Shown here: piece by piece, positions 19,820-28,779 of the stretch
Numbering within the stretch: the first letter of the stretch is position 1
Layout of the letters: the number at the start of each line of letters is the position of its first letter
Assembly: GCA_030538075.1 (NCBI GenBank)
Contig: JAUNUQ010000006.1
Location: forward strand, 22,971-86,970
Direction of reading: 5' to 3'
Length of the DNA: 64,000 nt
Source: Tissierellia bacterium
GTDB taxonomy: Bacteria > Bacillota > Clostridia > Tissierellales > Peptoniphilaceae
Position numbers and translations under genes: made by a program
Notes under the pieces: model-generated
Databases searched by the model: none
What the model saw: only the letters and a program-made list of their open reading frames with translations
What the model was told of the DNA's origin: nothing

Positions 19820-20905
19820 CTATCTTCGCAGGATTAGTTCATATAGACCAGCAGTTGTAAAACCATATAGGCGACCATTCAGAGAGTAATCATGAAATTT
19901 TCGAAATACTATTTCCTCTAATCCCTCTCTTCCCTTTTGCTGCATCCGAATGAAATCGATGATCACGATTCCACCGATTCGTCTTAGTGCCAGTTGGCGA
20001 AAGGCCTCATCCACCGCTTCCATATTTACGATCTGGGCCGCAATTTCTTTGCTCGGTGCGCTATGAAAGCTACCAGAATTCACATCGATCACAGTGAGGG
20101 TCTGCAGCTCCTCGATCAGAATATTGCCTCCGCAGGGCAGCGGCAGCTCCCTCTGAAGACGTCCTTTGAGGCCAAGCTGAACAGCACGATCCTCGAGAAC
20201 AGAATAGGAAGGATCGAAAAACATTATCTCTGAATATTTAGATTTCTTAATAATTTCAGCCACCCGATTGTCATTGACGATCAAGCGATCGATCTTCCAT
20301 TTCCAATCTTCTAGAATCTTCAGTACATCCAGCGGCTTGTAATAGATGAGCTTGGGAGTGGGAAGGAAATGCTCTTCCATGCGAATTGCCTCAGCACAGA
20401 GGAGAAGACTTTGAAACTCTTGAATTAGCTCCTCTTTTTGCATCTTTGTACTTTGCGTACGAAAGATCACTGCGCCCTCCTGGTCTTGGAGCATTTCTCT
20501 TCCGAGCTCCAGTAGCCATCTTCGCTTTTCTTCCTCCAAAATACGCTTTGAAATGCGCACGCCCTTGGAAAAGGGATCTAGAACCAGCCCCTTTCCCTGC
20601 AGACTGTAACCCATTGTCAACCTTGGATCCTTGCCATTTGTGCCTTGGGAACGCAGCTCTACTAGGACCTGTTCCCCCTCATGGAGAGGACGCAGCGCCT
20701 CTTTGAAGGGCAGCACGCCCGTCTCATCCTCTGCCAGTTTGACTAAATAGGTCTGGGTGGCCGGAAAGAGCTTCAGGACCCGACCTCGATAGATGGAGCC
20801 TTCTGGTACGACCTGTGGGTTTTGCTCAAACCAATGGACGAGCCGCTCCCCTTCGACGATCCCGATCTGCAAATTGGGATTGGTATCAATAAATGCGTAA
20901 TTCAT
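19820..20905 (-). CDS. Rne/Rng-family ribonuclease (RNase G-like, short form)
   Basis: 361 aa with an N-terminal S1-like segment (GSIYRGRVLKLFPATQTYLVKLAEDETGVLPF) and a catalytic-core-like LTVIDVNSGSF..IVIIDFI. It follows the radical SAM/TIGR03936 pair as in other Clostridia. Confidence 0.7.
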   Translation of the reverse strand: MNYAFIDTNPNLQIGIVEGERLVHWFEQNPQVVPEGSIYRGRVLKLFPATQTYLVKLAEDETGVLPFKEALRPLHEGEQVLVELRSQGTNGKDPRLTMGYSLQGKGLVLDPFSKGVRISKRILEEEKRRWLLELGREMLQDQEGAVIFRTQSTKMQKEELIQEFQSLLLCAEAIRMEEHFLPTPKLIYYKPLDVLKILEDWKWKIDRLIVNDNRVAEIIKKSKYSEIMFFDPSYSVLEDRAVQLGLKGRLQRELPLPCGGNILIEELQTLTVIDVNSGSFHSAPSKEIAAQIVNMEAVDEAFRQLALRRIGGIVIIDFIRMQQKGREGLEEIVFRKFHDYSLNGRLYGFTTAGLYELILRR

Positions 20906-20913
20906 GACGATTC

Positions 20914-21585
20914 CTATATTAGGATCTGGTCATATTGACCCGATCGATGAAAGTAGACTCCCTCTACGGGAATGCAGCGTCCCAATAATTTAGCGAACGC
21001 CTGGAGAAGCATATCACAGCGCAGATTTCCCGCCTCTCCAGAAGCCCCAATAAAGCGAAGAACCACGAAATCTTCCACCTGTTCCACTCGTAATTGGTAT
21101 AGGAGAGGCCGAATATCAATGGGAATCTGTTCCTTCCTCTTTGTCTTTTTGTTGCGCTTCTCCCGTAGGATCTCAAAGTGGTCACAATGCAGTAGCTCAG
21201 CCGCACTCTTCATGGCTTCCTGGAGGGTGAGCAGTTCCTGTGGGATTCGGATCTCGTATTCGGAGAACTGCATCTTTGGCTGTGCCCCACTGACGGGAAC
21301 TGCGTCCAAGAGCTGAATACCCTCGGGTAGTTGCAGATTGATTTGCTCTAGTAGCTCAGCCGGCTCCCAGCTCTCGACCGTTTCGATTTCCAAATACTCT
21401 GCCTGGGAAGATACTCCCAGTGGCAGTGGATTTCCGATACTGAGCCTAGGTGTTGGATTGAAACCCTGGCTATAGACTAGATGGACACCACTGCGCTTTG
21501 CAGCTCGCTGTAGTAATTTCATCAGGTCCAGATGCCCGAGGAGCCGGAGATACCCTAGCTTGGTAAATTTTGCTCTTATACGCAT
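20914..21585 (-). CDS. radical-SAM-associated protein (TIGR03936/DUF2344-like)
   Basis: ORF 20914..21729 trimmed to the ATG at 21585. MRIRAKFTKLGYLRLLGHLDLMKLLQRAAKRSG..YSQGFNPTPRLS is the characteristic N-terminus. It overlaps the stop of the preceding radical SAM gene. Confidence 0.75.
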   Translation of the reverse strand: MRIRAKFTKLGYLRLLGHLDLMKLLQRAAKRSGVHLVYSQGFNPTPRLSIGNPLPLGVSSQAEYLEIETVESWEPAELLEQINLQLPEGIQLLDAVPVSGAQPKMQFSEYEIRIPQELLTLQEAMKSAAELLHCDHFEILREKRNKKTKRKEQIPIDIRPLLYQLRVEQVEDFVVLRFIGASGEAGNLRCDMLLQAFAKLLGRCIPVEGVYFHRSGQYDQILI

Positions 21586-23426
21586 GGGCAATATCCTCCT
21601 GGATAGTTCTTGTTGACGCCGCAGCCCACACAGGCATGTCGGCAGTCTGGTGTCACCTCGCCCTTGATGGCCTTCTCGTATTCTCTTCTGAGAAAACCCT
21701 TGGTGAGGCCAGTATCCACAAAATCCCAAGGCAAGACCTCATCAAGGGGCCTGGGTCTACTGGCATAAAAGTCGATGGATAGCCCCGTCTCTTCAAAGGC
21801 CTTCTCCCATATCTCATAGCGAAAATAATCTCTCCAACCATCAAATACTGCCCCCAGCTCCAGAGCCTTTAAGATGGCTGCTCCCACTCTGCGGTCTCCT
21901 CGAGAGATGGCCCCTTCCATCCGGCTGAGCTTGGGATCGTGGTAATTGACACTGATCTTCTTATGTCGAACGCCATCTTTTAAGGTCTGGCCTTTGTGTG
22001 CGAATTCCTCAAGAGAATCCTGTCCACACCACTGAAAGGGGGTAAATGGCTTGGGCACAAAACAAGAGGCACTGACAGTCACCCTGAGATTTCCCTTTAT
22101 CTTCTCCTTCTCACGATCAAAGAACAAATCCACCACATGGTGGGCCAGATCTGCAATTCCCTGAATGTCCTCCATGGTCTCCGTGGGCAGTCCGATCATA
22201 AAGTAGAGCTTGATTCCAGCATAGCCATCATCAAAGGCATGGCACAGAGTTCGGTCGATATCCTCTTCTGTGATCCCCTTGTTGATCACATCGCGCAGCC
22301 TTTGGGTCCCCGCTTCCGGTGCAAAGGTGAGCCCACCCTTTCGCAGGGTTTCGATCTGCCGCAAGACCCCCAGACTCTCTGAATCCATGCGAAGGGATGG
22401 CAAGGAGACCTTTATATTCTCAGATGCGTATTGATCGATCAGCTCGTTGATCAGCTCCATCAGCCTAGGATAATCACAAGTGCTCAAGGAGGACAGGCTG
22501 ACCTCATCGTAGCCCGACTGAAGGAGCTTTGAATTCACCTCGGAGAGAATCGTCGACACATTTTTCTCACGTACGGGGCGATTGGTCATCCCCGCTTGGC
22601 AGAAGCGGCAACCCTGAGTACAGCCCCGAAAAATCTCTGAGACGACTCGATCATGGACTACCTCGATATTGGGTATGATCTGTCTGTCGGGAATATGCAT
22701 CTCATTCAGATCGGGTATATAGCTCTTTGAGACGACCATCGGCGCATCCTCCGCGATGGCTACGCGCTCTTTGATGGTACCATCTGCATGGTAGCGCAGC
22801 TCGTATAGACTGGGCACATATACCCCTTGGAGCTGTGCGGCCGCTCTGAGAAAAGCCTTTCGTAAACGACCAGCCGCTCTATACTCCTGATAGAGGCGCA
22901 GCACCTCCAGCAAGCTCTCCTCCCCTTCTCCTATAAAAAACAAATCGATAAAATCCGCCATGGGCTCCGGATTGAATGCACAGGGTCCACCAGCGGCGAT
23001 CAGGGGGTATTCTTCATCACGCTCCTCGGCCATTAGGGGAATCCCTCCGAGGCGCATCATATTCAAAATATTCGTGTAGCTCATTTCATATTGAAGTGTG
23101 AATCCCAGGATATCAAAGTCCTTTAATGCCGTCTTTGACTCCAAAGAGTACAGCGGGACTCCCTCTATTTCCATTTCCCGCTGCATATCCGTCCAAGGGG
23201 CAAAGACCCGTTCACAGGCATAGCCCTCGATCTGATTGATCAATGTGTAGATGATATCTAATCCCGTATAGCTCATACCGATCTCATAGACATCGGGGAA
23301 GGCAAAGGCAAACCGTAGGTCTACTGTCTTTGGGTCCTTGACGATGCTTCCCACTTCCATGCCAATATAGCGACCTGGCTTTTCTACCCGGTTGAGTATA
23401 CGGTCTAATTTTCGTTTATCTATCAT
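21576..23426 (-). CDS. B12-binding-domain radical SAM protein (TIGR03960-like)
   Basis: 616 aa with the CxxxCxxC motif CTQGCRFC. It is a long protein paired with the DUF2344-like gene. Confidence 0.8.
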   Translation of the reverse strand: MIDKRKLDRILNRVEKPGRYIGMEVGSIVKDPKTVDLRFAFAFPDVYEIGMSYTGLDIIYTLINQIEGYACERVFAPWTDMQREMEIEGVPLYSLESKTALKDFDILGFTLQYEMSYTNILNMMRLGGIPLMAEERDEEYPLIAAGGPCAFNPEPMADFIDLFFIGEGEESLLEVLRLYQEYRAAGRLRKAFLRAAAQLQGVYVPSLYELRYHADGTIKERVAIAEDAPMVVSKSYIPDLNEMHIPDRQIIPNIEVVHDRVVSEIFRGCTQGCRFCQAGMTNRPVREKNVSTILSEVNSKLLQSGYDEVSLSSLSTCDYPRLMELINELIDQYASENIKVSLPSLRMDSESLGVLRQIETLRKGGLTFAPEAGTQRLRDVINKGITEEDIDRTLCHAFDDGYAGIKLYFMIGLPTETMEDIQGIADLAHHVVDLFFDREKEKIKGNLRVTVSASCFVPKPFTPFQWCGQDSLEEFAHKGQTLKDGVRHKKISVNYHDPKLSRMEGAISRGDRRVGAAILKALELGAVFDGWRDYFRYEIWEKAFEETGLSIDFYASRPRPLDEVLPWDFVDTGLTKGFLRREYEKAIKGEVTPDCRHACVGCGVNKNYPGGYCPCV

Positions 23427-23434
23427 AATTCTCC

Positions 23435-24103
23435 TCAGTTTCCAATTCGGAACAGATCTAAAAAACGCTGAAATATACCTCGATTGGGGGGATTTGCCGA
23501 TTTCTCATCCCTCCAATTCCCATAGATTTCCATCCAGGTCTGGTGAGAGACCTGTCCATTCACCAAAGCCTTTTCCTCTAGGTATCCGATGACCAGAGGA
23601 GGAGGTTCTGGCAAGCTCTCATAGACCTGCTCCCACTCGATTTTTTCATCTGTGTATTCCCATACCAGATAGTCGATGGAATCCTCAATGGGGTGGTGGG
23701 TGGGAACTATATAGAGCTCCTGTGCACCTTCAAGTTCTATGTCCAGCAAATAGGGCTCCGCCAGTAATAATAGGATCTCATACTCTCCCTTTGCCTCTTC
23801 TATCAAGTCTTGAAGCCTCTCCACACCCGGCTCTACTTCCCCCTTTTCGAAAAAGGGACCGGGAACGAGAGAGAGGCTTTCTGTCACTTCAATACTGGTT
23901 TTGTACAGGTCAGATCGGCCTAGCAAATAGTCGTAAAGGTCATAGATGCATTCATTCTCGACCCCAAAGTGGATGGGAATCCTGCGATCTGCTTTTTGTG
24001 AATCCACGAGGATTACTCTTTCCTCTTGGGATAGTCTATCTGCAAAATAGCTGATTAAGTCCGTGCTATGAATGGAAGTGGTATTGACTCTGAGTATTCT
24101 CAT
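23435..24103 (-). CDS. MinD/ParA-fold protein lacking the Walker A motif (MinD-like pseudo-ATPase)
   Basis: ORF 23435..24208 trimmed to the ATG at 24103, which overlaps the PBP2 stop as ATGA. VILVDSQKADRRIPIHFGVENECIYDLYDYLLGRSDLYKTSIEV..LSLVPGP aligns with MinD switch regions. NTTSIHSTD occupies the place of the deviant Walker A GKGGVGKT. The C-terminal RGIFQRFLDLFRIGN resembles the MinD amphipathic membrane-targeting helix. Confidence 0.55.
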   Translation of the reverse strand: MRILRVNTTSIHSTDLISYFADRLSQEERVILVDSQKADRRIPIHFGVENECIYDLYDYLLGRSDLYKTSIEVTESLSLVPGPFFEKGEVEPGVERLQDLIEEAKGEYEILLLLAEPYLLDIELEGAQELYIVPTHHPIEDSIDYLVWEYTDEKIEWEQVYESLPEPPPLVIGYLEEKALVNGQVSHQTWMEIYGNWRDEKSANPPNRGIFQRFLDLFRIGN

Positions 24104-27100
24104 TCGATGATCTCCTCTTCTGAGGCTTCGGTTGGCTCCACGACCTCCACCGTAGCTGGATCCAGCTTCAAGTATTCTGCTACCAGCTCTCGTACAATCG
24201 GTGCACAATTGGCCCCTGAGCCAGCTTGATAGAGTAAAACGGAGATGGCGATCTGTGGATCGTCGTAGGGGGCGTAGGCAATCATCCAGCTGTAGTCGTC
24301 AAAAGCCTCTCCCGTGTCTGGATTGACCCCTGAACGTTCAGCGGTACCCGTCTTCACAGCGACCTCCACGGGCAGGGTTCCAAAGGTATCCCGCAGGCTT
24401 CCATAATAGGCGGCCATATTCATGCCGATACCCACATGCTTTAGATTCTCCGGATCATTCAGTTCAATTTGATGACGGATGGGCTCATTTTTCAAGAGCA
24501 CCTTCGTGTCGTCAAAACTCTTGACCTCCTTGATCACCGTCACTTTATTTCGATAGCCTCCATTTGCAAAAATGGACATATAATTCGCCATTTGCAATGG
24601 AGTATAGGCGTTTTGCCCCTGTCCTATCACGACATTGAGCATATCCGAAATATTCCAAATGCCTTGATCGACATAGGTGTATTTGATGATGTCCGTCAGA
24701 TTCTCTCGTCCCCCATCCAATACCAACTCCGAATCGATCTGCATTTCCTCCAGCTTCTCGGCGATTTCTTGATATTCGAGAGTTTGATCCTGCTCAACCC
24801 ATGCTGTAATGGTACGGATCATCTCCTCTTTTATGACCGGATTGATATTCTTTGAGGGCTTTACATAAGACTCTAGGTTCTCTTCTAGGAATTGCTGGAG
24901 TAGGGCCTTGATGGTCTCTTTCTTTTCCATTGGATTGGGGATACGTCCACCATTTTCGTAGGGGATATTGATCTCGATCCCCGTTGGCGCGTCCAAGCCC
25001 AATAGAATGGTGGTCTTTCGAATATCCGCTAAATCCAGCTGTACCTCGAGTCCATCGCCCGTCTGCGGATTCTCCCCCATTGCCAAGGCGTAGTAATAGT
25101 AGTTGCACGAATCTCGAATGGCATCATATAGGTTTTCCAAGCCATGGGTTCCCTTGACCGTATTCCAGATCCAGCATCCAAAGATGGTATCTCCTAACTC
25201 TACATAACCCGAGCATTCAATCTCCCTATAGGGGCTAAAACCCTTCTCCAGAGCCGCTAATGAAGTGGCCAGCTTGAAGATGGATCCCGGCTGGATTTGG
25301 GACTGCATCGCGATATTCAGCAGCGGTCGATCTGCCAAGGGGTTGTTCTCATCCTCTGGGAATAGACTCTTCCAATCGCTATTGGAAATCCCAGTAGCAA
25401 AGAGATTGGGGTCATAGGAAGTCTCATTGGCTAAGGCCAGGACTTCTCCTGTCTTGACATCCAGCACGACTGCGGATCCACTTGTCGCGTGATAATGGGG
25501 CCGACCTTCGGACTCGTTGATGCGCAGGGGAGCTGTGCCCCATTCGGACTCAAATGAGCCCCCCACCTGGAGCTGTTCTAGGGCATGCTTGAGGGAGGAC
25601 TCTGCCTTGCGCTGTAGTTCAATATCCGCACTTAAATAGACGGAGTTCCCTTGGGTGGGAAGGATCTCCTTGAGGAGATTCGTGCGATTTCCCATCGCAT
25701 CCACTTCCACCACCTGTTTTCCCACCTCGCCTCGTAGTACCGACTCAAAGCTCTCTTCGACGCCAGTCTTTCCGATCAGGTCATTGGGACCATAGCCCTT
25801 ATCCTCCACATAGCGTTGTATCTCATCTGGCTGGGATATTCGACCGATATACCCGAGAAGATGGGCAGCGCTCTTGCCCTCAGGGTAGTATCGAATGGGC
25901 TCAGCAGAGATATTGATGCCATAGTTATTCCCCAGTTGTTCTTTTAATCGAGCGATGGTCTCTTCCTTGATACCATAGGCGATGGTTATGGGCTGGTAGC
26001 TATAATGCCCCTGTTCCTCAATACGCCTGTGGAGAGAGATCACAGAAAGGGCTTCAGGATCACTCATCTCCTCCAACTCGTAATACTTCTTCATCTGATC
26101 GAGTAGCTCCTTTGCACCTGCCTTCTCCGATGCATCATAGTACTCAATGAGATCCGATTTGTTTTTAATAAAGATATAATCCCATTCCAACACGGAGATC
26201 TGGGGTAGAATACCCAATTCCGTGTTCACCTCTTGGGCGATGAATTTGATGCGATCATCTACTGCGAATTTTCCGATCACCCCAGCTTCCTTGGCCAATC
26301 GAGTCAGCCGCTCCATAGGTAGCTCCGCAGTTTCAACATTTTCATCCGTGTAATGCAGATGGACTGTTTCCTGCTCTAAATCCACCTCAGAGCTGATGCC
26401 CGCACTCCGTCCCGTCTCCTTCTCAATCATCTCCAGCAATATCCCTGCAGGATTGATCAATGTGGAGTCCTCTTGTATCTCAATGCGTTCGAGGATTGGA
26501 CGCAGAGAGTTTTCAGAGACGATGGCGATAAAATCCTCTCGTGCACCGCTCTCCAATGTGATCTGTGGATAACTGCGATGCAGGTCTGCTTTATTTTGTA
26601 GAAACTGTTCATCATAGGTGATGACATAGTCTTTCAGGACCAGATTCTCTGCCAAACCGCGGCTCTCCAGTAGCCCATAGGCCAGCTTTCTAGCCAAATG
26701 ATGATCCAATACCGATCGCAGGATGGTCTTGTCCTCATCCACCAAATCGACAATGGTCTGGATGGGATCTTCCTTTCCAGTCAGACTATGCTTCTTTAAG
26801 AAATCGTTTAAAGTATCCGACTCCACATAATCTCCTGTTACCACATCCTCCAGCTTAACTCGAATGGGAATGGATTGCCCACGCTTTTCCAGGGCAGTCA
26901 ATGCTCGATTGATCAGCAAAAACTCGATGCCTTCATCCCCTTCTGTATGATAAAGACGCAGAAAGTCTCCCGTCAGATTATTGTCCACAATAATTCGCAG
27001 AGCCTTCTCATCCGGTGAACTCTCTTCCGAAAAATAGTCCGATTCTCCTTGGTACGCAAAGACATTCATATCCACAGGCATGGATTCGACGTATTGGGTA

Positions 27101-27423
27101 CCATCTTCTTCTAGAATTCGGACCAGATCCAGAAATTCCTGATTCTTTTGTGCCAAGCTGCGTTCCTTGAGATCGTCTAACAGGAGCTGCACAGCAAAAG
27201 ACGGCCTAGTTCCAGCGAGGAGCACGCCGTTTCGGTCGTAAATATTGCCCCTTGGGGCTGTGATATACACGTCCTTGATGCGCTTGTTGTCCGAGATCTC
27301 CCGGTACTTCTGTCCATCCACCACCATCAGGCGGAAGGTCTGGGCCAGGAGTAAAAAGAGGAGAAGGGCCAGTAGCACGGTCATAACGGTATAGCGATTG
27401 AGTTGATCCCGTGATTTATTCAT
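24100..27423 (-). CDS. penicillin-binding protein 2 (class B transpeptidase) with very large insertions
   Basis: 1107 aa with an N-terminal TM anchor and the PBP dimerisation start (ITAPRGNIYDRNGVLLAG). Transpeptidase motifs are SxxK (GSIFK), SxN (SCN) and KTG (KTGTAE). It lies after mreBCD. Confidence 0.85.
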   Translation of the reverse strand: MNKSRDQLNRYTVMTVLLALLLFLLLAQTFRLMVVDGQKYREISDNKRIKDVYITAPRGNIYDRNGVLLAGTRPSFAVQLLLDDLKERSLAQKNQEFLDLVRILEEDGTQYVESMPVDMNVFAYQGESDYFSEESSPDEKALRIIVDNNLTGDFLRLYHTEGDEGIEFLLINRALTALEKRGQSIPIRVKLEDVVTGDYVESDTLNDFLKKHSLTGKEDPIQTIVDLVDEDKTILRSVLDHHLARKLAYGLLESRGLAENLVLKDYVITYDEQFLQNKADLHRSYPQITLESGAREDFIAIVSENSLRPILERIEIQEDSTLINPAGILLEMIEKETGRSAGISSEVDLEQETVHLHYTDENVETAELPMERLTRLAKEAGVIGKFAVDDRIKFIAQEVNTELGILPQISVLEWDYIFIKNKSDLIEYYDASEKAGAKELLDQMKKYYELEEMSDPEALSVISLHRRIEEQGHYSYQPITIAYGIKEETIARLKEQLGNNYGINISAEPIRYYPEGKSAAHLLGYIGRISQPDEIQRYVEDKGYGPNDLIGKTGVEESFESVLRGEVGKQVVEVDAMGNRTNLLKEILPTQGNSVYLSADIELQRKAESSLKHALEQLQVGGSFESEWGTAPLRINESEGRPHYHATSGSAVVLDVKTGEVLALANETSYDPNLFATGISNSDWKSLFPEDENNPLADRPLLNIAMQSQIQPGSIFKLATSLAALEKGFSPYREIECSGYVELGDTIFGCWIWNTVKGTHGLENLYDAIRDSCNYYYYALAMGENPQTGDGLEVQLDLADIRKTTILLGLDAPTGIEINIPYENGGRIPNPMEKKETIKALLQQFLEENLESYVKPSKNINPVIKEEMIRTITAWVEQDQTLEYQEIAEKLEEMQIDSELVLDGGRENLTDIIKYTYVDQGIWNISDMLNVVIGQGQNAYTPLQMANYMSIFANGGYRNKVTVIKEVKSFDDTKVLLKNEPIRHQIELNDPENLKHVGIGMNMAAYYGSLRDTFGTLPVEVAVKTGTAERSGVNPDTGEAFDDYSWMIAYAPYDDPQIAISVLLYQAGSGANCAPIVRELVAEYLKLDPATVEVVEPTEASEEEIIE

Positions 27424-27431
27424 AAATACCT

Positions 27432-27926
27432 CTAGTAAAAACGCACATTTGGAAAGATGAAAAGCCGTCCAATCCCCATTGCCACCCCATAGTATAGAAG
27501 GGAATTCATCAGGATCTCCAGCAGCAATGGACCCTTGAGATGGGCGATGTACGCAGCAGAACTTCCCGTGAATAAGCTTACAACCAATTCAAAGGCGAAG
27601 ATACCCAAAGTGGCCAGAGCAGTGATCAACATGCCCGTCTTATTGTCTTTGATATTGAGTCGGTACTCAAAATTCCCAATGACAAAACCAGTAACAAAAT
27701 AGATCAGTGCATGGTAGCCGATTACTGGTGAAAATAAAATATCCTCCACCAGACCTATGGTCAGTCCACTAAAGCCCCCAGCATAAGAACTGAAGCCTAT
27801 GGAGAGTAAGACGATGACGGGCAGGGCCACATTGGGCTGCACGCCCAGTATTTGAATGCGGCTAAACACAGTATTTTGTAGGAGAATCGTGATGAAAAGC
27901 ACGATTCCCATTCTAATTCGATTCAT
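27432..27926 (-). CDS. mreD: rod shape-determining protein MreD
   Basis: ORF 27432..27959 trimmed to the ATG at 27926, which has the best spacing to AGGGAG. It is a small polytopic membrane protein directly after mreC. Confidence 0.75.
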   Translation of the reverse strand: MNRIRMGIVLFITILLQNTVFSRIQILGVQPNVALPVIVLLSIGFSSYAGGFSGLTIGLVEDILFSPVIGYHALIYFVTGFVIGNFEYRLNIKDNKTGMLITALATLGIFAFELVVSLFTGSSAAYIAHLKGPLLLEILMNSLLYYGVAMGIGRLFIFPNVRFY

Positions 27927-28770
27927 ATTTTCCATCTCCCTGATTGAGGATGAACACACGAGATAGACTAGAAAAATCCACCTTGGTCTCCACTATCACC
28001 TGTAGGAGCATCTCCTCCGTCTGCTTCACTTCCAGGACATCCCCGATATACAAGTCCTTTGGGTAGATTCCACCTATGCCGGAAGTGATCAACTTGTCGC
28101 CGACCTTAATATCTGCGTCTGCATGAAATGCGTAACCGATCAGCCCTTTGTCCCCTCGACCGCTGATGACCCCATAGTCCATTGTGCGAGCCGACTTAAA
28201 AGAGATACTCTGATTCTCATCGATGATCGTGGACACTTTGGCCCAGTTACTACCTGCCTGCTCCACTTTCCCGACTACGCCCTCCACATAATTGGCGTCT
28301 GTATAGGCAACTCCCATTAGGATGATATCTCCCTTCGACACATCATCACCGGAGCCCTTATCAATCGTGAAATTGACAAAAATATTGCTGGGATCTTTGG
28401 CGATAATATTGGCTGTCTGCAGCGGGTACTCTGTCTTTTTCAACAATTCGTATTCCCCCTGCAGAAAGTCCATACGGGAGATGACATTTTCGTAGAGTAG
28501 TATATCTTCTTTTAATGCCTCATTTTCTTGTTTGAGGGTCTCGAAATCCCGGCGCATCTGCGCCGTTCCGAATACATAGACAAAGGCATCTTGCGCCTTT
28601 GTTCCGATGGTGTAGACCATCTTATCCACGGGCTTGATCACGATGCCGACGACATTCTGCAAGATGCCAACCGTCGCCGAATTGCGGCTGGTGATCAGCA
28701 TCATCACACAGAGGAGCAGGACCGTCCCGATGAATACGAGGGTCTTTTCTCTATTGGAGTATTTATTCAT
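27913..28770 (-). CDS. mreC: rod shape-determining protein MreC
   Basis: 285 aa with an N-terminal TM, a coiled-coil (LKQENEALKEDILLYEN) and a C-terminal beta domain (VVGKVEQAG..ISGRGD..GIGGIYPKDLYIG). Confidence 0.85.
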   Translation of the reverse strand: MNKYSNREKTLVFIGTVLLLCVMMLITSRNSATVGILQNVVGIVIKPVDKMVYTIGTKAQDAFVYVFGTAQMRRDFETLKQENEALKEDILLYENVISRMDFLQGEYELLKKTEYPLQTANIIAKDPSNIFVNFTIDKGSGDDVSKGDIILMGVAYTDANYVEGVVGKVEQAGSNWAKVSTIIDENQSISFKSARTMDYGVISGRGDKGLIGYAFHADADIKVGDKLITSGIGGIYPKDLYIGDVLEVKQTEEMLLQVIVETKVDFSSLSRVFILNQGDGKYESN

Positions 28771-28779
28771 GATCGCCTC

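Noticed and set aside
20914-21729. N-terminal extensions of several track ORFs (20914..21729, 23435..24208, 1023..1571, 1677..2687, 3370..4200, 16002..18206, 49805..50878, 63202..63891).
   Set aside because: The extensions overlap the preceding conserved gene or lack an RBS, while internal ATGs with good Shine-Dalgarno sequences coincide with the conserved N-termini of the families. The starts were trimmed accordingly.
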